Under the pieces are notes generated by a model, which saw only the letters and a program-made list of their open reading frames with translations, did no database searches and was not told where the DNA came from. From the NCBI GenBank assembly GCA_965224245.1, contig OZ245046.1:320001-384000 (forward strand): a stretch of 64,000 nucleotides of DNA. The letters are read 5' to 3'. Position 1 is the stretch's first letter. Every line of letters begins with the position of its first letter. Position numbers and translations under genes: made by a program. Source of the stretch: Candidatus Eiseniibacteriota bacterium (GTDB lineage Bacteria; Eisenbacteria; RBG-16-71-46; CAZAMP01). Positions 20,303 to 30,760 of this stretch are shown in pieces.

Positions 20303-20342
20303 GACGGCGCCGTCACCGACTCCCGGCGGTGACGGCGCCGTC
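20303..20342 (-). terminator. Perfect 16-bp hairpin downstream of the cupin gene
   Basis: gacggcgccgtcaccg-actcccgg-cggtgacggcgccgtc, just past the cupin stop codon. Confidence 0.55.
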
Positions 20343-20350
20343 CGGAGCTT

Positions 20351-20779
20351 CTACTCGGCGGGGAATCGCTCGGGCTGTCCCGCTTCGTGAACGCGGAACA
20401 CCACGATGGTGGCGCCCGAGTCGCCGGTGATCGCCGTGTGCACCTGGCGCAACGGCACCTTCATGGCATCACCGGCGTGACCGACGAGATCCTCCTTGCC
20501 CTCCTGCCACAGCGTGACCTCGCCGTCGAGGACGTAGGCGAACTCCTCGCCCGGATGCCAGTGCTTGGGGAGGGAGGTGTGAGGCGGAATCCAGACACGA
20601 CTGACGATCACCTCGATGCCTTCCGCGTGCTCGAGCTCGGCCCTGAGGAGGTTCTCGAGCTTCGGGCCCGTCGGGTCCGCGGCTGGCGGGGTGGACGCAC
20701 CGTCGGCGGACACCGCGATGCGACTGATCAGAGCACCGAGAACGAAGCCGACGACGACGAGCGGGAAGACCTTTCGCAT
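20351..20779 (-). CDS. Exported cupin-domain protein
   Basis: AGGAG RBS; N-terminal hydrophobic signal; cupin motifs PKHWHPGEEFAYVLDG and VPLRQVH. Confidence 0.85.
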   Translation of the reverse strand: MRKVFPLVVVGFVLGALISRIAVSADGASTPPAADPTGPKLENLLRAELEHAEGIEVIVSRVWIPPHTSLPKHWHPGEEFAYVLDGEVTLWQEGKEDLVGHAGDAMKVPLRQVHTAITGDSGATIVVFRVHEAGQPERFPAE

Positions 20780-21107
20780 GGCTGCTCCTGCTGTGGAAGA
20801 TGGTGGCTTCGCCGGCGCTCCGTCGAGGCTCCTCAGGGAACGTCGACGCGTGACCGGCGATCGCGCCTTCCGCCGTGGCCCACGATGTCGGACGTGATGC
20901 GACCGGCGAAGTGACGAGCCGGCATCGTAGCTCAGATCGAGGATCTCGATCACCCGCGATCGCGTCGGGTGTTGCACGCGCGACACGCCGCGATCGGCGG
21001 GTCCGGGACCCGCGGCCGGGTGCGGCGGGTGTTGGGCTCCGGATCGTCTGGAATCGGTCGTTCTCGGCCAGTTGAACCCCGCGGGCCACGTCGCCTAGAA
21101 TTCGAAC

Positions 21108-21686
21108 ATGCCGCAACCCACGCCGGCCGAGCTCACGGCGATCCTCGGCCAGCTCCGTTCCGACTCCGCCGAACGCGACGAGCTGGTGGCCCAGCTGTTC
21201 GAGCTGGTCTACGACGACCTGAAGCGGATCGCCAGCGGCCTGATGCGCGGCGAACGCGCCGATCACTCCCTGCAGCCGACCGAGCTCGTCCACGAGTCGT
21301 ACTTTCGTCTGTTTCACCAGACCGACGTGGAGTGGGAGTCGCGTGCACACTTCTACGGCATAGCCGCCCAGGCCATGCGCCGGATCCTGGTCGATCACGC
21401 GCGTTCCCGGAACGCCGCCAAGCGGAGCGGCCGCTGGGAGAAGATCACGCTCCACGACGAGATGCTGGCCGGAGAGGCGCCCGCGGGTGAGCTGGACGTG
21501 CTGAAGCTCGACGACGCATTGCGCAAGCTCTTCGCGCTCGACGAGCGCATGGGCCGTGTGGCCGAGCTGCGCATCTTCGGTGGGCTGACGATGGCACAAG
21601 TCGCTCACGTACTCGGCTTCTCGAAGCGCACGGTGGACTACGACTGGAAGACCGCTCGTCCCTGGCTGATGCGCGAGCTGGCCTAG
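21108..21686 (+). CDS. ECF RNA polymerase sigma factor, TIGR02999 (ECF43-like) family
   Basis: LVYDDLKRIA, DHSLQPTELVHESYFRL, AMRRILVDHAR, ELRIFGGLT, DWKTARPWL. Confidence 0.93.
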   Translation: MPQPTPAELTAILGQLRSDSAERDELVAQLFELVYDDLKRIASGLMRGERADHSLQPTELVHESYFRLFHQTDVEWESRAHFYGIAAQAMRRILVDHARSRNAAKRSGRWEKITLHDEMLAGEAPAGELDVLKLDDALRKLFALDERMGRVAELRIFGGLTMAQVAHVLGFSKRTVDYDWKTARPWLMRELA

Positions 21687-21747
21687 GCGTGGCCGGCCGG
21701 CGTGTCCGGGGCTCGAGCCCGTTTCGACTCTGGAAGGGTGATCGCGA

Positions 21748-24390
21748 ATGACGTCCGACCGGCTTCGACGCGCGCGAGCGATCCTCGCGCGGGCACACGA
21801 GGTCGACCCGGCGGAGCGAGAGGCGCTGGTCTCTCGCCTGTCCGAGGGTGACGAGGATCTCCGCCGCGAGGTCATGTCTCTCCTCGCGCACGATGCGCCG
21901 ACCGCCGGGCTGAAGGAGCGGATCGACGTGGACGCCGTGGGCGCGCTCGTCGAGCGCTTGCGGGCGGGTTCGGCTCGAACGCCCGAGCGGATCGGGAGCT
22001 ACCGGGTGATCCGGCTGCTCGGGGAGGGGGGGACCGGAGCGGTCTACGAGGCGGAGCAGCAGAGCCCACGGAGGTCCGTGGCGATCAAGGTGCTCCGTCA
22101 CCGGCTCCTCGACGACTACCGCCGCCAGCTCATCCGGCGCGAGGCGGCGGCGCTCGCACGACTCGATCATCCGAACATCGCCGGCATCATCGAGGCCGAC
22201 GAGGTCGACGGCGAGCCGTTCGTCGTGATGGAGTGTGTCCGGGGCACGCCGCTGTCCCAGTTCCTGAAGGAGCCGGCGGGGCAGGCGCTCTCGGTCCGCC
22301 AGAGGATCGAGCTGTTCCTCCAGATCTGCGATGCCATTGCATACGCCCACCGCCGGGGGGTCATTCACCGCGATCTGAAGCCGTCCAACGTCATCGTCAC
22401 CAGCGAGACCGAGAAGCCGTCGGTCAAGGTGCTGGACTTCGGACTGGCGCGCTTCACCGACGCCGACGTGACGCTGGTCACGATGAGCACCGAGACCGGG
22501 CGCGTGCAAGGGACGCTCGCATACATGAGCCCCGAGCAGGCACGTGGAGATCCGAACCAGATCGATCTTCGATCCGACATCTACTCCCTGGGTGCGATCC
22601 TCTACGAGATGCTCACCGGAGAGCGGCCGAGCCAGCTGTCCGATCGCTCGCTCGCGGAGGCGGTCCGGATCATCTGCGAGGACGATCCGCCGTCGTTGAG
22701 GACGCTGGATCGGACCCTCGACACCGACCTCGACACGATCGCGATGAAGGCGCTCGAGAAGCCTCCGGACCGCCGGTATCAGACCGTGACCGCTCTCGCC
22801 GGCGATCTCACGAGATGGCGCCAACATGAGCCCATCACGGCCAGGCCCCCGACGCTCGCGTACCAGCTGGGCAAGCTGATGCGACGACATCGCCCGGTGT
22901 TCGCGCTGGGAGCGGCGTTGCTGGTGGCCGTGATCGCGTCGGCGGTGGTCACCTCCGTGCTCCTGTACCAGCAGACGCAGGAGCGCGAGCGGGCGGAGCG
23001 GGAGGTCGTGCGTGCCACCCGCGAGGCGCGAAAGGCCGACCAGATCAACGCGTTCCTGCGCGACATGCTGGTGGCGGTGGATCCGCGACGCGAGGGGGCG
23101 GACGTAACGGTGAGAGAGGTCCTCGACCAGGCCGCGCGCGATCTCGTGGGGGCGTTTCCGGACGAGCCCGAGGTCCGGGCGGCGCTTCACAACAGTCTGG
23201 GGCAGGCCTACTACGGCGTGGCGGTGCTCGATTCGGCCCGCACCCACCTCACCCGCTCGATCGAGATTCAGCGTGAGATGCGCGGGGCGGCGGACCCGGC
23301 CGTGGTCAGGGGCCTGGCGGCCCTCGCCACCGTGGCCAGCCGCGAGGCCCGGAATGCGGAGGCGGAGTCCCTCCTGGTGGCGGCGCTGGCCATCGATCCC
23401 GAGAACATGCCCCGCGACGAGACGTTCGAGCTCCAGCAGGAGCTGGCGGTGGTGATGCACGGCCAGGGGAAGACCGCCGAGGCCGCCGCTCAGCTCCGGA
23501 GCGCGATCGACACGTATCGCGCCGCCGGCGGCGCATACAGCGAGAGTCTGCTCCAGGCCCTGACGAACCTCGCCGCGCTGGCCCAGATCCGAGGCGACTA
23601 CGGCGAGGCGGAGACCGCCACGCGCGACGTCCTGGCCCTGGCCAGAGAGCATCACGGCGACGACCATCCGCTGGTGTTCGCCAACCTCTCGAACCTCGCG
23701 CAGCTGCTCTCGCGCCAGCGGCGAGAGGAGGCCGGCGAGGTCTTCGCAGAGGCGCTCGCGCTCGGTGAAGAGGTCTACGGCGCCGAACATCCCGAGGTCT
23801 CGACCTGTCGGAACAACTACGCCGGCTACCTGAACCGCAGCGGTCGCCATGCCGAGGCAGAGGTCCTGGTCCGGCGGTCGATGGAGATCGATCGTCGAAC
23901 GCTGGGGCCGGATCACCCGTCCATCTCGTCGGGCCTTCAGCAGCTCGGGTTCGCGTTGCGGTCGCAACATCGATTTGCCGCGGCCGAGTCGGTGTACGTC
24001 GAATCGGTCAGGATCCGTCGGGCCGCCTACGGGCCCGACCATCCCTCGGTCGCGTACGCGCTCTACGGACTCGGGACGAGCGTGCTGGAGCAAGAACGCC
24101 CCGCCGACGCGATCGAGCCGCTCGAGGAGTGCCTTCGCATCCGACGCGCGCACCATCCGGGTACGACGACCAACGTGGCCCTGCCGGCGTTCCTGGTGGG
24201 CGTCTGCATGGGAGCGCGTGGGTGCAGCGCAGTGGCCGAGTCGCTGATCGTGACGAACGCGGCCGTCATCCTGGATGCCGACCAGACCTCGGACCAGAGC
24301 CGCCGGGACACGCTCCAGCGGGCGATCGACTACTTCGATCGGTGCGACCCGAAGCGGGCCGAGTCTTACCGTGCGCAGCTGACGGAGTGA
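21748..24390 (+). CDS. Membrane Ser/Thr kinase with N-terminal helical extension and C-terminal TPR repeats
   Basis: LGEGGTGAV, HRDLKPSN, DFG, YMSPEQ; TM VFALGAALLVAVIASAVVTSVLLY; G.(D/E)HP-type TPR repeats; immediately downstream of the ECF gene. Confidence 0.93.
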   Translation: MTSDRLRRARAILARAHEVDPAEREALVSRLSEGDEDLRREVMSLLAHDAPTAGLKERIDVDAVGALVERLRAGSARTPERIGSYRVIRLLGEGGTGAVYEAEQQSPRRSVAIKVLRHRLLDDYRRQLIRREAAALARLDHPNIAGIIEADEVDGEPFVVMECVRGTPLSQFLKEPAGQALSVRQRIELFLQICDAIAYAHRRGVIHRDLKPSNVIVTSETEKPSVKVLDFGLARFTDADVTLVTMSTETGRVQGTLAYMSPEQARGDPNQIDLRSDIYSLGAILYEMLTGERPSQLSDRSLAEAVRIICEDDPPSLRTLDRTLDTDLDTIAMKALEKPPDRRYQTVTALAGDLTRWRQHEPITARPPTLAYQLGKLMRRHRPVFALGAALLVAVIASAVVTSVLLYQQTQERERAEREVVRATREARKADQINAFLRDMLVAVDPRREGADVTVREVLDQAARDLVGAFPDEPEVRAALHNSLGQAYYGVAVLDSARTHLTRSIEIQREMRGAADPAVVRGLAALATVASREARNAEAESLLVAALAIDPENMPRDETFELQQELAVVMHGQGKTAEAAAQLRSAIDTYRAAGGAYSESLLQALTNLAALAQIRGDYGEAETATRDVLALAREHHGDDHPLVFANLSNLAQLLSRQRREEAGEVFAEALALGEEVYGAEHPEVSTCRNNYAGYLNRSGRHAEAEVLVRRSMEIDRRTLGPDHPSISSGLQQLGFALRSQHRFAAAESVYVESVRIRRAAYGPDHPSVAYALYGLGTSVLEQERPADAIEPLEECLRIRRAHHPGTTTNVALPAFLVGVCMGARGCSAVAESLIVTNAAVILDADQTSDQSRRDTLQRAIDYFDRCDPKRAESYRAQLTE

Positions 24391-24404
24391 TCGACGCTCA
24401 AGGG

Positions 24405-24465
24405 CGTCACGGGGTCGCGATGCGGATGCCCGGGCAGGTCATCTCGCACACGCGCCCCCGTGACG
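24405..24465. terminator. Long imperfect hairpin between convergent genes
   Basis: cgtcacggggtcgcg..cgcgcccccgtgacg outer stem plus an inner tgcg-gatg-cc/gg-catc-cgca stem. Confidence 0.45.
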
Positions 24466-24480
24466 ATGTCTCGTCGCAAC

Positions 24481-27066
24481 CTACCGCACCAGCACGAGCT
24501 TTCGGCTGGCCGTGAAGCCCGGGGCCCGCAGCCGCACGAAGTAGGTGCCGGCCGCGGCATGACCGTCCCGCGTGCGGCCGTCCCACACGACTCCGAACCG
24601 CCCCGCGTCGTGGATCGCGTCGACGAGGGTCCGGATGCGCCGGCCCGACGCGTCGAAGATCCCCACGTCGACCCGCCCGCGGACGGGGAGCTCGAAGCGG
24701 ACGGTGGTGGCGACCGTGAACGGGTTCGGTCGGAGCGGCTCGAGCACGAAGGCGGTCGGCCGCGGCGTTCCCGGAACCCCGAGAAGGCCCTCGATGCCGG
24801 TGGGGGAGCCCTCGTTGCCGGCGTGGTCGGTCGCCGTGACGAAGTAGAACGCGTGCAGGGCACCCGACACGTCGATGCTGGTGCCCGACGTCCGCCCGAT
24901 CACGTCGGCGGATCCGTCCAGGACGTCCTCGAACGAGCCGTAGACCGTGAAGTAGTCGAAGTCGTCGGCCTCCGACTCGTCCCAGGCCAGGAGGACGTCG
25001 GACTCCCATCGCGGGTTCGCCGGCGGCAGCGGGTCCAGGTTGTCCACCGAGTACCCGCTGGCCGGGGCCGAGTCGAAGTGCATGCCCAGCGTCGACGTGA
25101 GTGCACGGACGAAGAACGTCGTGTAGTACACGCCCCCGGATCCGGTCGAGTCGGCGAGCGTGGGGACGACGGCGTGGTACACGTCCTCGGTGCTGGCGGC
25201 GACCGAGATCAGGAAGTCCCAGTCACTCGGTGAGGACGAGCCCGCGCTCCGGAGGTCCGCGTCGATCTCCCGGTAGACGCCGTAGGCCGTGATGGGCACC
25301 GACGCGCCGGCATCGTCGAAGTGTGCGGCCGTCCAGGTCAGGCGCACCCATCGACCCTGATCGTTGGGTACGTCCACGACGTTCGTGATCGTCGGGGAGA
25401 GCGTGATCCTCCAGATGTCCCCGTCGGCCACGTCGAGACGCTCCGACGAGAACGTGAGCATGGTTCCGTCCCGTGACCAGTTCGGCGAGACGTCGTCCCC
25501 GTCGTCGGTCGTGACCTGCACCGCGGTTCCGCCGGAGCTGGGAATGAGCCAGATGTCGTCGTTGCCCGATCGGTCCGAGGCGAACGCGATCAACCCGCCG
25601 TTCGGAGAGCACGAGGGATGGAAGTCGTCCGCGGAGTTGGTCGTGATCCGCGTGGCGGTGCCGCCCAGCGTGGGGATCGACCAGATGTCCCAGTTGCCGC
25701 TCCGCGTGGACGCGAAGGCCACGCGGGCCCCGTCCGCGAACCAGCTCGGGTACGCGTCCACGTCGGGATCGGTCGTCAGCTGCCACGGAGTGCCACCATC
25801 GCCGGGGATCAGCCAGATGTCCGACGTCTCCGCGAACGCGAGGGTGCCGCCGTCGGGCGACCAGGTCGGAAACAGGCCCTGGGTGAGCGCGGTCGGGGTC
25901 CCCCCTCCGGCGGGAATCGTCGTGACGTAGTAGTCGCTGCCGTCCCAGGCGTAGTAGGCGAGCGTGGATCCGTCGGGTGACCAGCTCGGGGCGACGTCGT
26001 TCAGGCCATCGGAGATCTGCGTGTCGGTTCCCCCGTCCACCGAGGTGACCCAGATCAGGCTCACGCCCCCGTCGGGACGAAACGACGAGAACGCGATCTG
26101 CGATCCGTCGGGGGAGAAGCACGGCGCCTGATCGTTGGCGTAGTCCGACGTGACCTGCACCGCCCCGTCGTCGGCCACGATGGAGCGATGGATCATCCAC
26201 ACGTCGTTGTTCCCGGAGCGGTTCGACATGAACGCGACCGCCGATCCATCCGGAGCCCAGCTCGGATGCGAGTCGTCGTCGAAGTCGTCGGTGAGCTGCG
26301 CCGCGGTCCCGCCGGAGGACGGGATGATCCACACGTCCACGCTCACACCCCGGTCCGAGTTGAACGCGATCTCGGAGCCATCGGCGGACCAGGCGGCGGA
26401 GCGATCCTCGGCGCCATCGGTCGTGATCTGCACGGCCGTGCCTCCATCGAACGGGACCGTCCAGATGTCGCGGTTCCCGCTCCGCGTCGACTGGAACGCG
26501 ATCAGGCTGCCGTCGGGTGACCAGGTGCCCTGGTCGTCGTCGGCGGCGTCGGTGGTCACCTGGAACTTGGGACCTCCGCCGGCCGGCGTGCGCCAGATGT
26601 CGCGATTGCCCGAGCGCATGGACGAGAAGGCGATCTGGTTGCCGTCGGGCGACCAGCTCGGGTAGGTGTCGGCGCTCGGATGCGTGGTGAGCTGCGTCGC
26701 GGTGCCCCCGTCGGCCGGGATCACCCAGATGTCCAGGTTGCCGCTGCGCAGGGACTGGAACGTGATCATGCTGCCGTCGGGCGACCACGACGGCGCGGCG
26801 TCGTCGGCCGCGTCGGTCGTGATCTGGACGGGCGGGCCGCCGCCGACCGGCTTCACCCAGATGTCTCCGTTTCCGCTCCGGAGCGACCGGAACGCGATCA
26901 TGCTGCCGTCGGGGGACAGCTCGGGCTGTACGTCCTCGGCCGTATCCGTCGTGATCTGCTGCTCGAAGTAGCCCATGACGTCGGATGTCTCGGCATCCGC
27001 CTCGATCGCGAGCAGCAGCAGCAGCAGCGAGATGCCGCTCGTCATTCGTTCGCGCCGCATGTCCAT
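24481..27066 (-). CDS. Secreted TolB-like PD40-repeat double beta-propeller protein with FlgD-Ig/T9SS-like CTD
   Basis: GGAG RBS; Leu-rich signal; 12 PxWSPDG..IAFxSxRSGNxDIW repeats; DVPNDQG domain; PNPF..WDGR..AGTYFVRL..KLVLVR. Confidence 0.9.
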   Translation of the reverse strand: MDMRRERMTSGISLLLLLLAIEADAETSDVMGYFEQQITTDTAEDVQPELSPDGSMIAFRSLRSGNGDIWVKPVGGGPPVQITTDAADDAAPSWSPDGSMITFQSLRSGNLDIWVIPADGGTATQLTTHPSADTYPSWSPDGNQIAFSSMRSGNRDIWRTPAGGGPKFQVTTDAADDDQGTWSPDGSLIAFQSTRSGNRDIWTVPFDGGTAVQITTDGAEDRSAAWSADGSEIAFNSDRGVSVDVWIIPSSGGTAAQLTDDFDDDSHPSWAPDGSAVAFMSNRSGNNDVWMIHRSIVADDGAVQVTSDYANDQAPCFSPDGSQIAFSSFRPDGGVSLIWVTSVDGGTDTQISDGLNDVAPSWSPDGSTLAYYAWDGSDYYVTTIPAGGGTPTALTQGLFPTWSPDGGTLAFAETSDIWLIPGDGGTPWQLTTDPDVDAYPSWFADGARVAFASTRSGNWDIWSIPTLGGTATRITTNSADDFHPSCSPNGGLIAFASDRSGNDDIWLIPSSGGTAVQVTTDDGDDVSPNWSRDGTMLTFSSERLDVADGDIWRITLSPTITNVVDVPNDQGRWVRLTWTAAHFDDAGASVPITAYGVYREIDADLRSAGSSSPSDWDFLISVAASTEDVYHAVVPTLADSTGSGGVYYTTFFVRALTSTLGMHFDSAPASGYSVDNLDPLPPANPRWESDVLLAWDESEADDFDYFTVYGSFEDVLDGSADVIGRTSGTSIDVSGALHAFYFVTATDHAGNEGSPTGIEGLLGVPGTPRPTAFVLEPLRPNPFTVATTVRFELPVRGRVDVGIFDASGRRIRTLVDAIHDAGRFGVVWDGRTRDGHAAAGTYFVRLRAPGFTASRKLVLVR

Positions 27067-27428
27067 CTCCTCTCCAGTGCCCGGGGGGGCCGAGATCTGA
27101 GCGTTTCCACCGATGCAGGGCCCCGTCGTGCGTCACTCGCACGCTGGCGAGGCGACCGTCTGCCGCTCGCCGCATCGGGGACCAGGGTGGGGTCCCCTAC
27201 CCGGAAGGGCGGATTCCGCGGGTCGATGTGCAATGGAACGGCTCGGGACGTGCCGGCTGTCCCCGCCGGGCACGGCGCGCGACGGCGGTCGCGAAAGGGG
27301 TCAGACGCCGAGGTGAGGCGACGAATCGGGCGAGAACCCCGCTCCCGGGATGAGCCGGCTGGACGTGGAAAGGAGGGCCATCGCCTTGCCGCACGCGACC
27401 CGGTGCGCCTCGCGCGCCCGGGCCGCGC

Positions 27429-30377
27429 TCATCCCGTGCGGAGATCGCGAAGCCGGCGCCGGGCATCCTCGATCTCGGCGATCCGCGGATCTCCGCCGTC
27501 CACGATGGAGAGGAACTGCACGAGCTGCGCGACGGCGTCCTCGGGCCGTCCGACGTTCTGGTAGCAGATGCCCAGGTGATAGTAGGCCCGGGCCGAGTCC
27601 AGGCCACACTGCAGTCTGTCTCCGTCATACCAGGTGACGGTCGTCTCCAGCAGCCCGATCGCCTTCTCCCACTGGCGAGTCTCCACGTAGCAGCGGCCGA
27701 GCGGGAGCCGGGTCCAGATCCAGTTGGCGCTCTGCGCTCTCTCCAGGTAGGAGATGGCCAGGTCCAGCTCGCCCCGGGTCATCTCCAGGTTGCCGCGAGC
27801 GACGTAGTAGTACGCCTGCAGGACGCTCGTCGAGCTGTCCTCGCGAGCGATGTACGGTTCGAGGTATCGATGGCTCTCCTCGACGGCTCCCACCCTGGCC
27901 AGCACGCTGGCGGCGTCGATGAGATCGAAGTCGTTCTCGGGTGGCGCGATCTCGAGCGCCCGATGCACGGCGGCCACGGCGCCGCTCCGATCGCCGATCT
28001 CTTGGAGGAGGAACCCACGCTGCTCGTGCCGAGCCGCCATGGTCTGGGAATGGACGCCTTCCATCTGGTCTACGGTCAGGGCCGCATCGATCTGACGCAA
28101 CGCTTCTTCGACCCGGCCCCGATAGGCCAGCAGCCCGATCAGCCCGGTGCGACCCCTTGCACGGGTCTCCGCGTCGGGACTCGCGAACAGATGGCGGAAC
28201 TGGCTCTCGGCCTTCTCGTAGTCGCCGTGAAACGCGTACATGTCGCCCAGCTTCGCCGCCGACTGGTAGTCGGCGAAGTCCGGCTTCATCTCGACCGCCT
28301 TCGCGTAGGACGCGATCGCCTCCTCGAGCCGGCCGTGCCGCGCGAAGATGTCGCCACGCGAGTCGTACGGGTTCGGCTCGTCCGGTGCCAGCTCGATGTA
28401 CGTGTCGAGCTCGTGGATCGCGCGATCCAGATCGCCCACCGCGCTGTAGGCGTACGCCAGCTCGTTGTGCACGGTCTTGTCGAGCGGATCGAGTGCCAGG
28501 AGCCTCTCCGCGTACTCGATCGCCTTCTCGGGCGGTCCCAGAATGCCGTACGCTTGCCGGAGACCCTCCAGGGCGTGCTTGTCGTCGGGGTACGTCTCCA
28601 GCACACGCTCCAGGGACGCGATGAATCGATCGGGGTCCGACGCCAGCCACGCCTCGGCGCCTTCGAGGTACATCTGCTCCCGGGTCGACGCCCGGTCGGC
28701 ATGTCGGACGGCCTGTGCGAGGTACTTCCGATCTCCTCGAGAACCGCCCAACCCTCCCAGCCGATAGGCGGCCATGGCGAACGTGGAGTCGATGGCGAGC
28801 GCCTGGAGGTACGCGTCCCGGGCCTCCTGGTTGAAGAACTTGCGCTCGTTCTCGATCCCCTCGAGATAGAAGCGGTAGGCATCCTCGGAGTTCGTGGACA
28901 GGCTCGCCACCGAGGGGGTCGTCTCGGCCGCCGACTCTTCCGTACCACCGAGGTCGTCCAGCGTCTCCTCGGTGATCCGGTCGACGAGCACGAAGATCGA
29001 CTCGCCCGGCACGCCGGTCGTCCGCTGAGACGCCACGACGTTGCCCGTCGCCACCTCCACGATCTGAGAGGTGACGACGTAGGCCGGCTCGGCCTGGAGA
29101 ATCGTCCCCTGCATCATCAGCCGGGCGTCGGTCCGCCTGGCCACGTCGGTGGCCGTGTCGCGGTCGATCCGGCGTTCGCCTTCACGCCCCAGCTGCTTCA
29201 AGACGTCGTAGAGGCGCTGGCTGGACACGACCCTCATGTTCGCCGCTTCCGAGAGCCCCGTGATCAGGAGCTCGGACACGATTTCCCCGTGACGCTTCGG
29301 ATCCTCCGGCTCCGCGAGGTTCTCGAAGTACATGATGGCGAGCGTGTTCGTGTCGGCCCCGGCCCCCGGTTCGGGTGTGACCCGGAGCTTCCACGGATCG
29401 AGGATCAGGAACGCCGCGAGCGCCGCGACGGCGACCAGCGCGCCGATCCCGACGCGCGCGTCGACGCGTGGCCTGCCGGGACCGACGGCCCCCACCGACC
29501 CGGTCGACGAGCCCACCTCCACCTGGAGCGACTCCAGCATGTTGGCCACGTCGAGGGCGCTCTGGAGGCGTCTTCGCGGGTCCTTCTCCAGACAGTGCTG
29601 GATGATGCGACCGAGCTGATTGGGGAGCTCGCTCCGGATCGCGGTCACGCTCGTCGGCGTGTCCTTGAGGACGGACGAGAGGCGGGACAGGCTCGTCTCG
29701 CCGTGAAACGGCTGACGACCGGTGGCCATCTCGTAGAGCAGGACGCCCAGCGAGAAGATGTCGGAGCGGGCGTCGACCGGCTTTCCCTCCGCCTGCTCGG
29801 GCGACATGTAGGCGACGGTGCCCAGGACCGTGCCGGCCGCCGTGTCGGGCGAGTCGTCCAGCACCGTCTCCGCCTCCGCCACCTCGTCGTCCGTTCGATC
29901 GAGGAGCTTGGCCAGGCCGAAGTCCAGCACCTTCACGCGGCCCTCGGCATCGACCATCACGTTGGCCGGCTTGAGGTCGCGGTGCGTGATGCCTGCGGCG
30001 TGAGCGCCGTGCACCGCCTCGGCCAGGGGGATGGCCAGATGGAAGAACCGAGAGAGCGGGAAGCCCCCCGACGGGAGCAGCTCGGAGATCGTCTTGCCCT
30101 CGACCAGCTCCATGGTCAGAAAGACGCGCCCGTCGGCCTCCTCGACCGAGTGAAGGGTCACGATGTTCGGGTGCGTGAGGGACGCGACGGCCCGGGCCTC
30201 GCGTTCGAAGCGGCGGCGGCGCTCCTCGTCGTGCGCCACGTCGGCGGGCAGGAGCTTGAGGGCGACGTCACGTCCCAGGCGCGTGTCGCGCGCGCGATAG
30301 ACCTCGCCCATCCCGCCGGCGCCGAGCGACGCGAGGATCGTGTAGCGTCCGAGCTGCGATCCGATCGTCAGTGACAT
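27429..30377 (-). CDS. Membrane Ser/Thr kinase with TolB-N/FlgO-like domain and TPR repeats
   Basis: [65 protein letters not shown]; TPRs. Confidence 0.92.
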   Translation of the reverse strand: MSLTIGSQLGRYTILASLGAGGMGEVYRARDTRLGRDVALKLLPADVAHDEERRRRFEREARAVASLTHPNIVTLHSVEEADGRVFLTMELVEGKTISELLPSGGFPLSRFFHLAIPLAEAVHGAHAAGITHRDLKPANVMVDAEGRVKVLDFGLAKLLDRTDDEVAEAETVLDDSPDTAAGTVLGTVAYMSPEQAEGKPVDARSDIFSLGVLLYEMATGRQPFHGETSLSRLSSVLKDTPTSVTAIRSELPNQLGRIIQHCLEKDPRRRLQSALDVANMLESLQVEVGSSTGSVGAVGPGRPRVDARVGIGALVAVAALAAFLILDPWKLRVTPEPGAGADTNTLAIMYFENLAEPEDPKRHGEIVSELLITGLSEAANMRVVSSQRLYDVLKQLGREGERRIDRDTATDVARRTDARLMMQGTILQAEPAYVVTSQIVEVATGNVVASQRTTGVPGESIFVLVDRITEETLDDLGGTEESAAETTPSVASLSTNSEDAYRFYLEGIENERKFFNQEARDAYLQALAIDSTFAMAAYRLGGLGGSRGDRKYLAQAVRHADRASTREQMYLEGAEAWLASDPDRFIASLERVLETYPDDKHALEGLRQAYGILGPPEKAIEYAERLLALDPLDKTVHNELAYAYSAVGDLDRAIHELDTYIELAPDEPNPYDSRGDIFARHGRLEEAIASYAKAVEMKPDFADYQSAAKLGDMYAFHGDYEKAESQFRHLFASPDAETRARGRTGLIGLLAYRGRVEEALRQIDAALTVDQMEGVHSQTMAARHEQRGFLLQEIGDRSGAVAAVHRALEIAPPENDFDLIDAASVLARVGAVEESHRYLEPYIAREDSSTSVLQAYYYVARGNLEMTRGELDLAISYLERAQSANWIWTRLPLGRCYVETRQWEKAIGLLETTVTWYDGDRLQCGLDSARAYYHLGICYQNVGRPEDAVAQLVQFLSIVDGGDPRIAEIEDARRRLRDLRTG

Positions 30378-30760
30378 CCGCCGCAGTCTACCCGAAGACC
30401 CCGGTGCCTCGATACCGCAGTTTTTTGGTCTCGAGCGCGGCCCCAGATGATGCAGACGCATCATGGAACCGCCGGATTCCCCATGGTCCAATGCTCCTGC
30501 GCCGGTGGCCGCATCATCGCTCCGGGCGGCGCCCGGTAGCGCATCTGATTGATCGCCTCGATATCGAATTGCCGCCATGACCCGATGGATCCCGTTCGGA
30601 GTGGCGGCTCGTGCGACACCCGACAACACCCAGCGCCTTGTGAGTCGCGTCGCCGTGGCCGCCCGCATGTCAACCCATCGCAGCTCGCCATGTGCTGCCC
30701 GAGCACCTCCCCCGGTGATCCCTGCGCCCGATCTTCGGTTACCACCACAATCGTGAGGTC

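Noticed and set aside
25400-26970. Regular ~130-bp nucleotide periodicity that could be taken for a CRISPR or tandem array
   Set aside because: It is the degenerate coding repeat of the PD40 blades, with no identical repeats, spacers or cas genes.
27080-27428. 350-bp GC-rich spacer considered as a possible ncRNA
   Set aside because: No recognisable RNA family motif or convincing long-range structure by eye.
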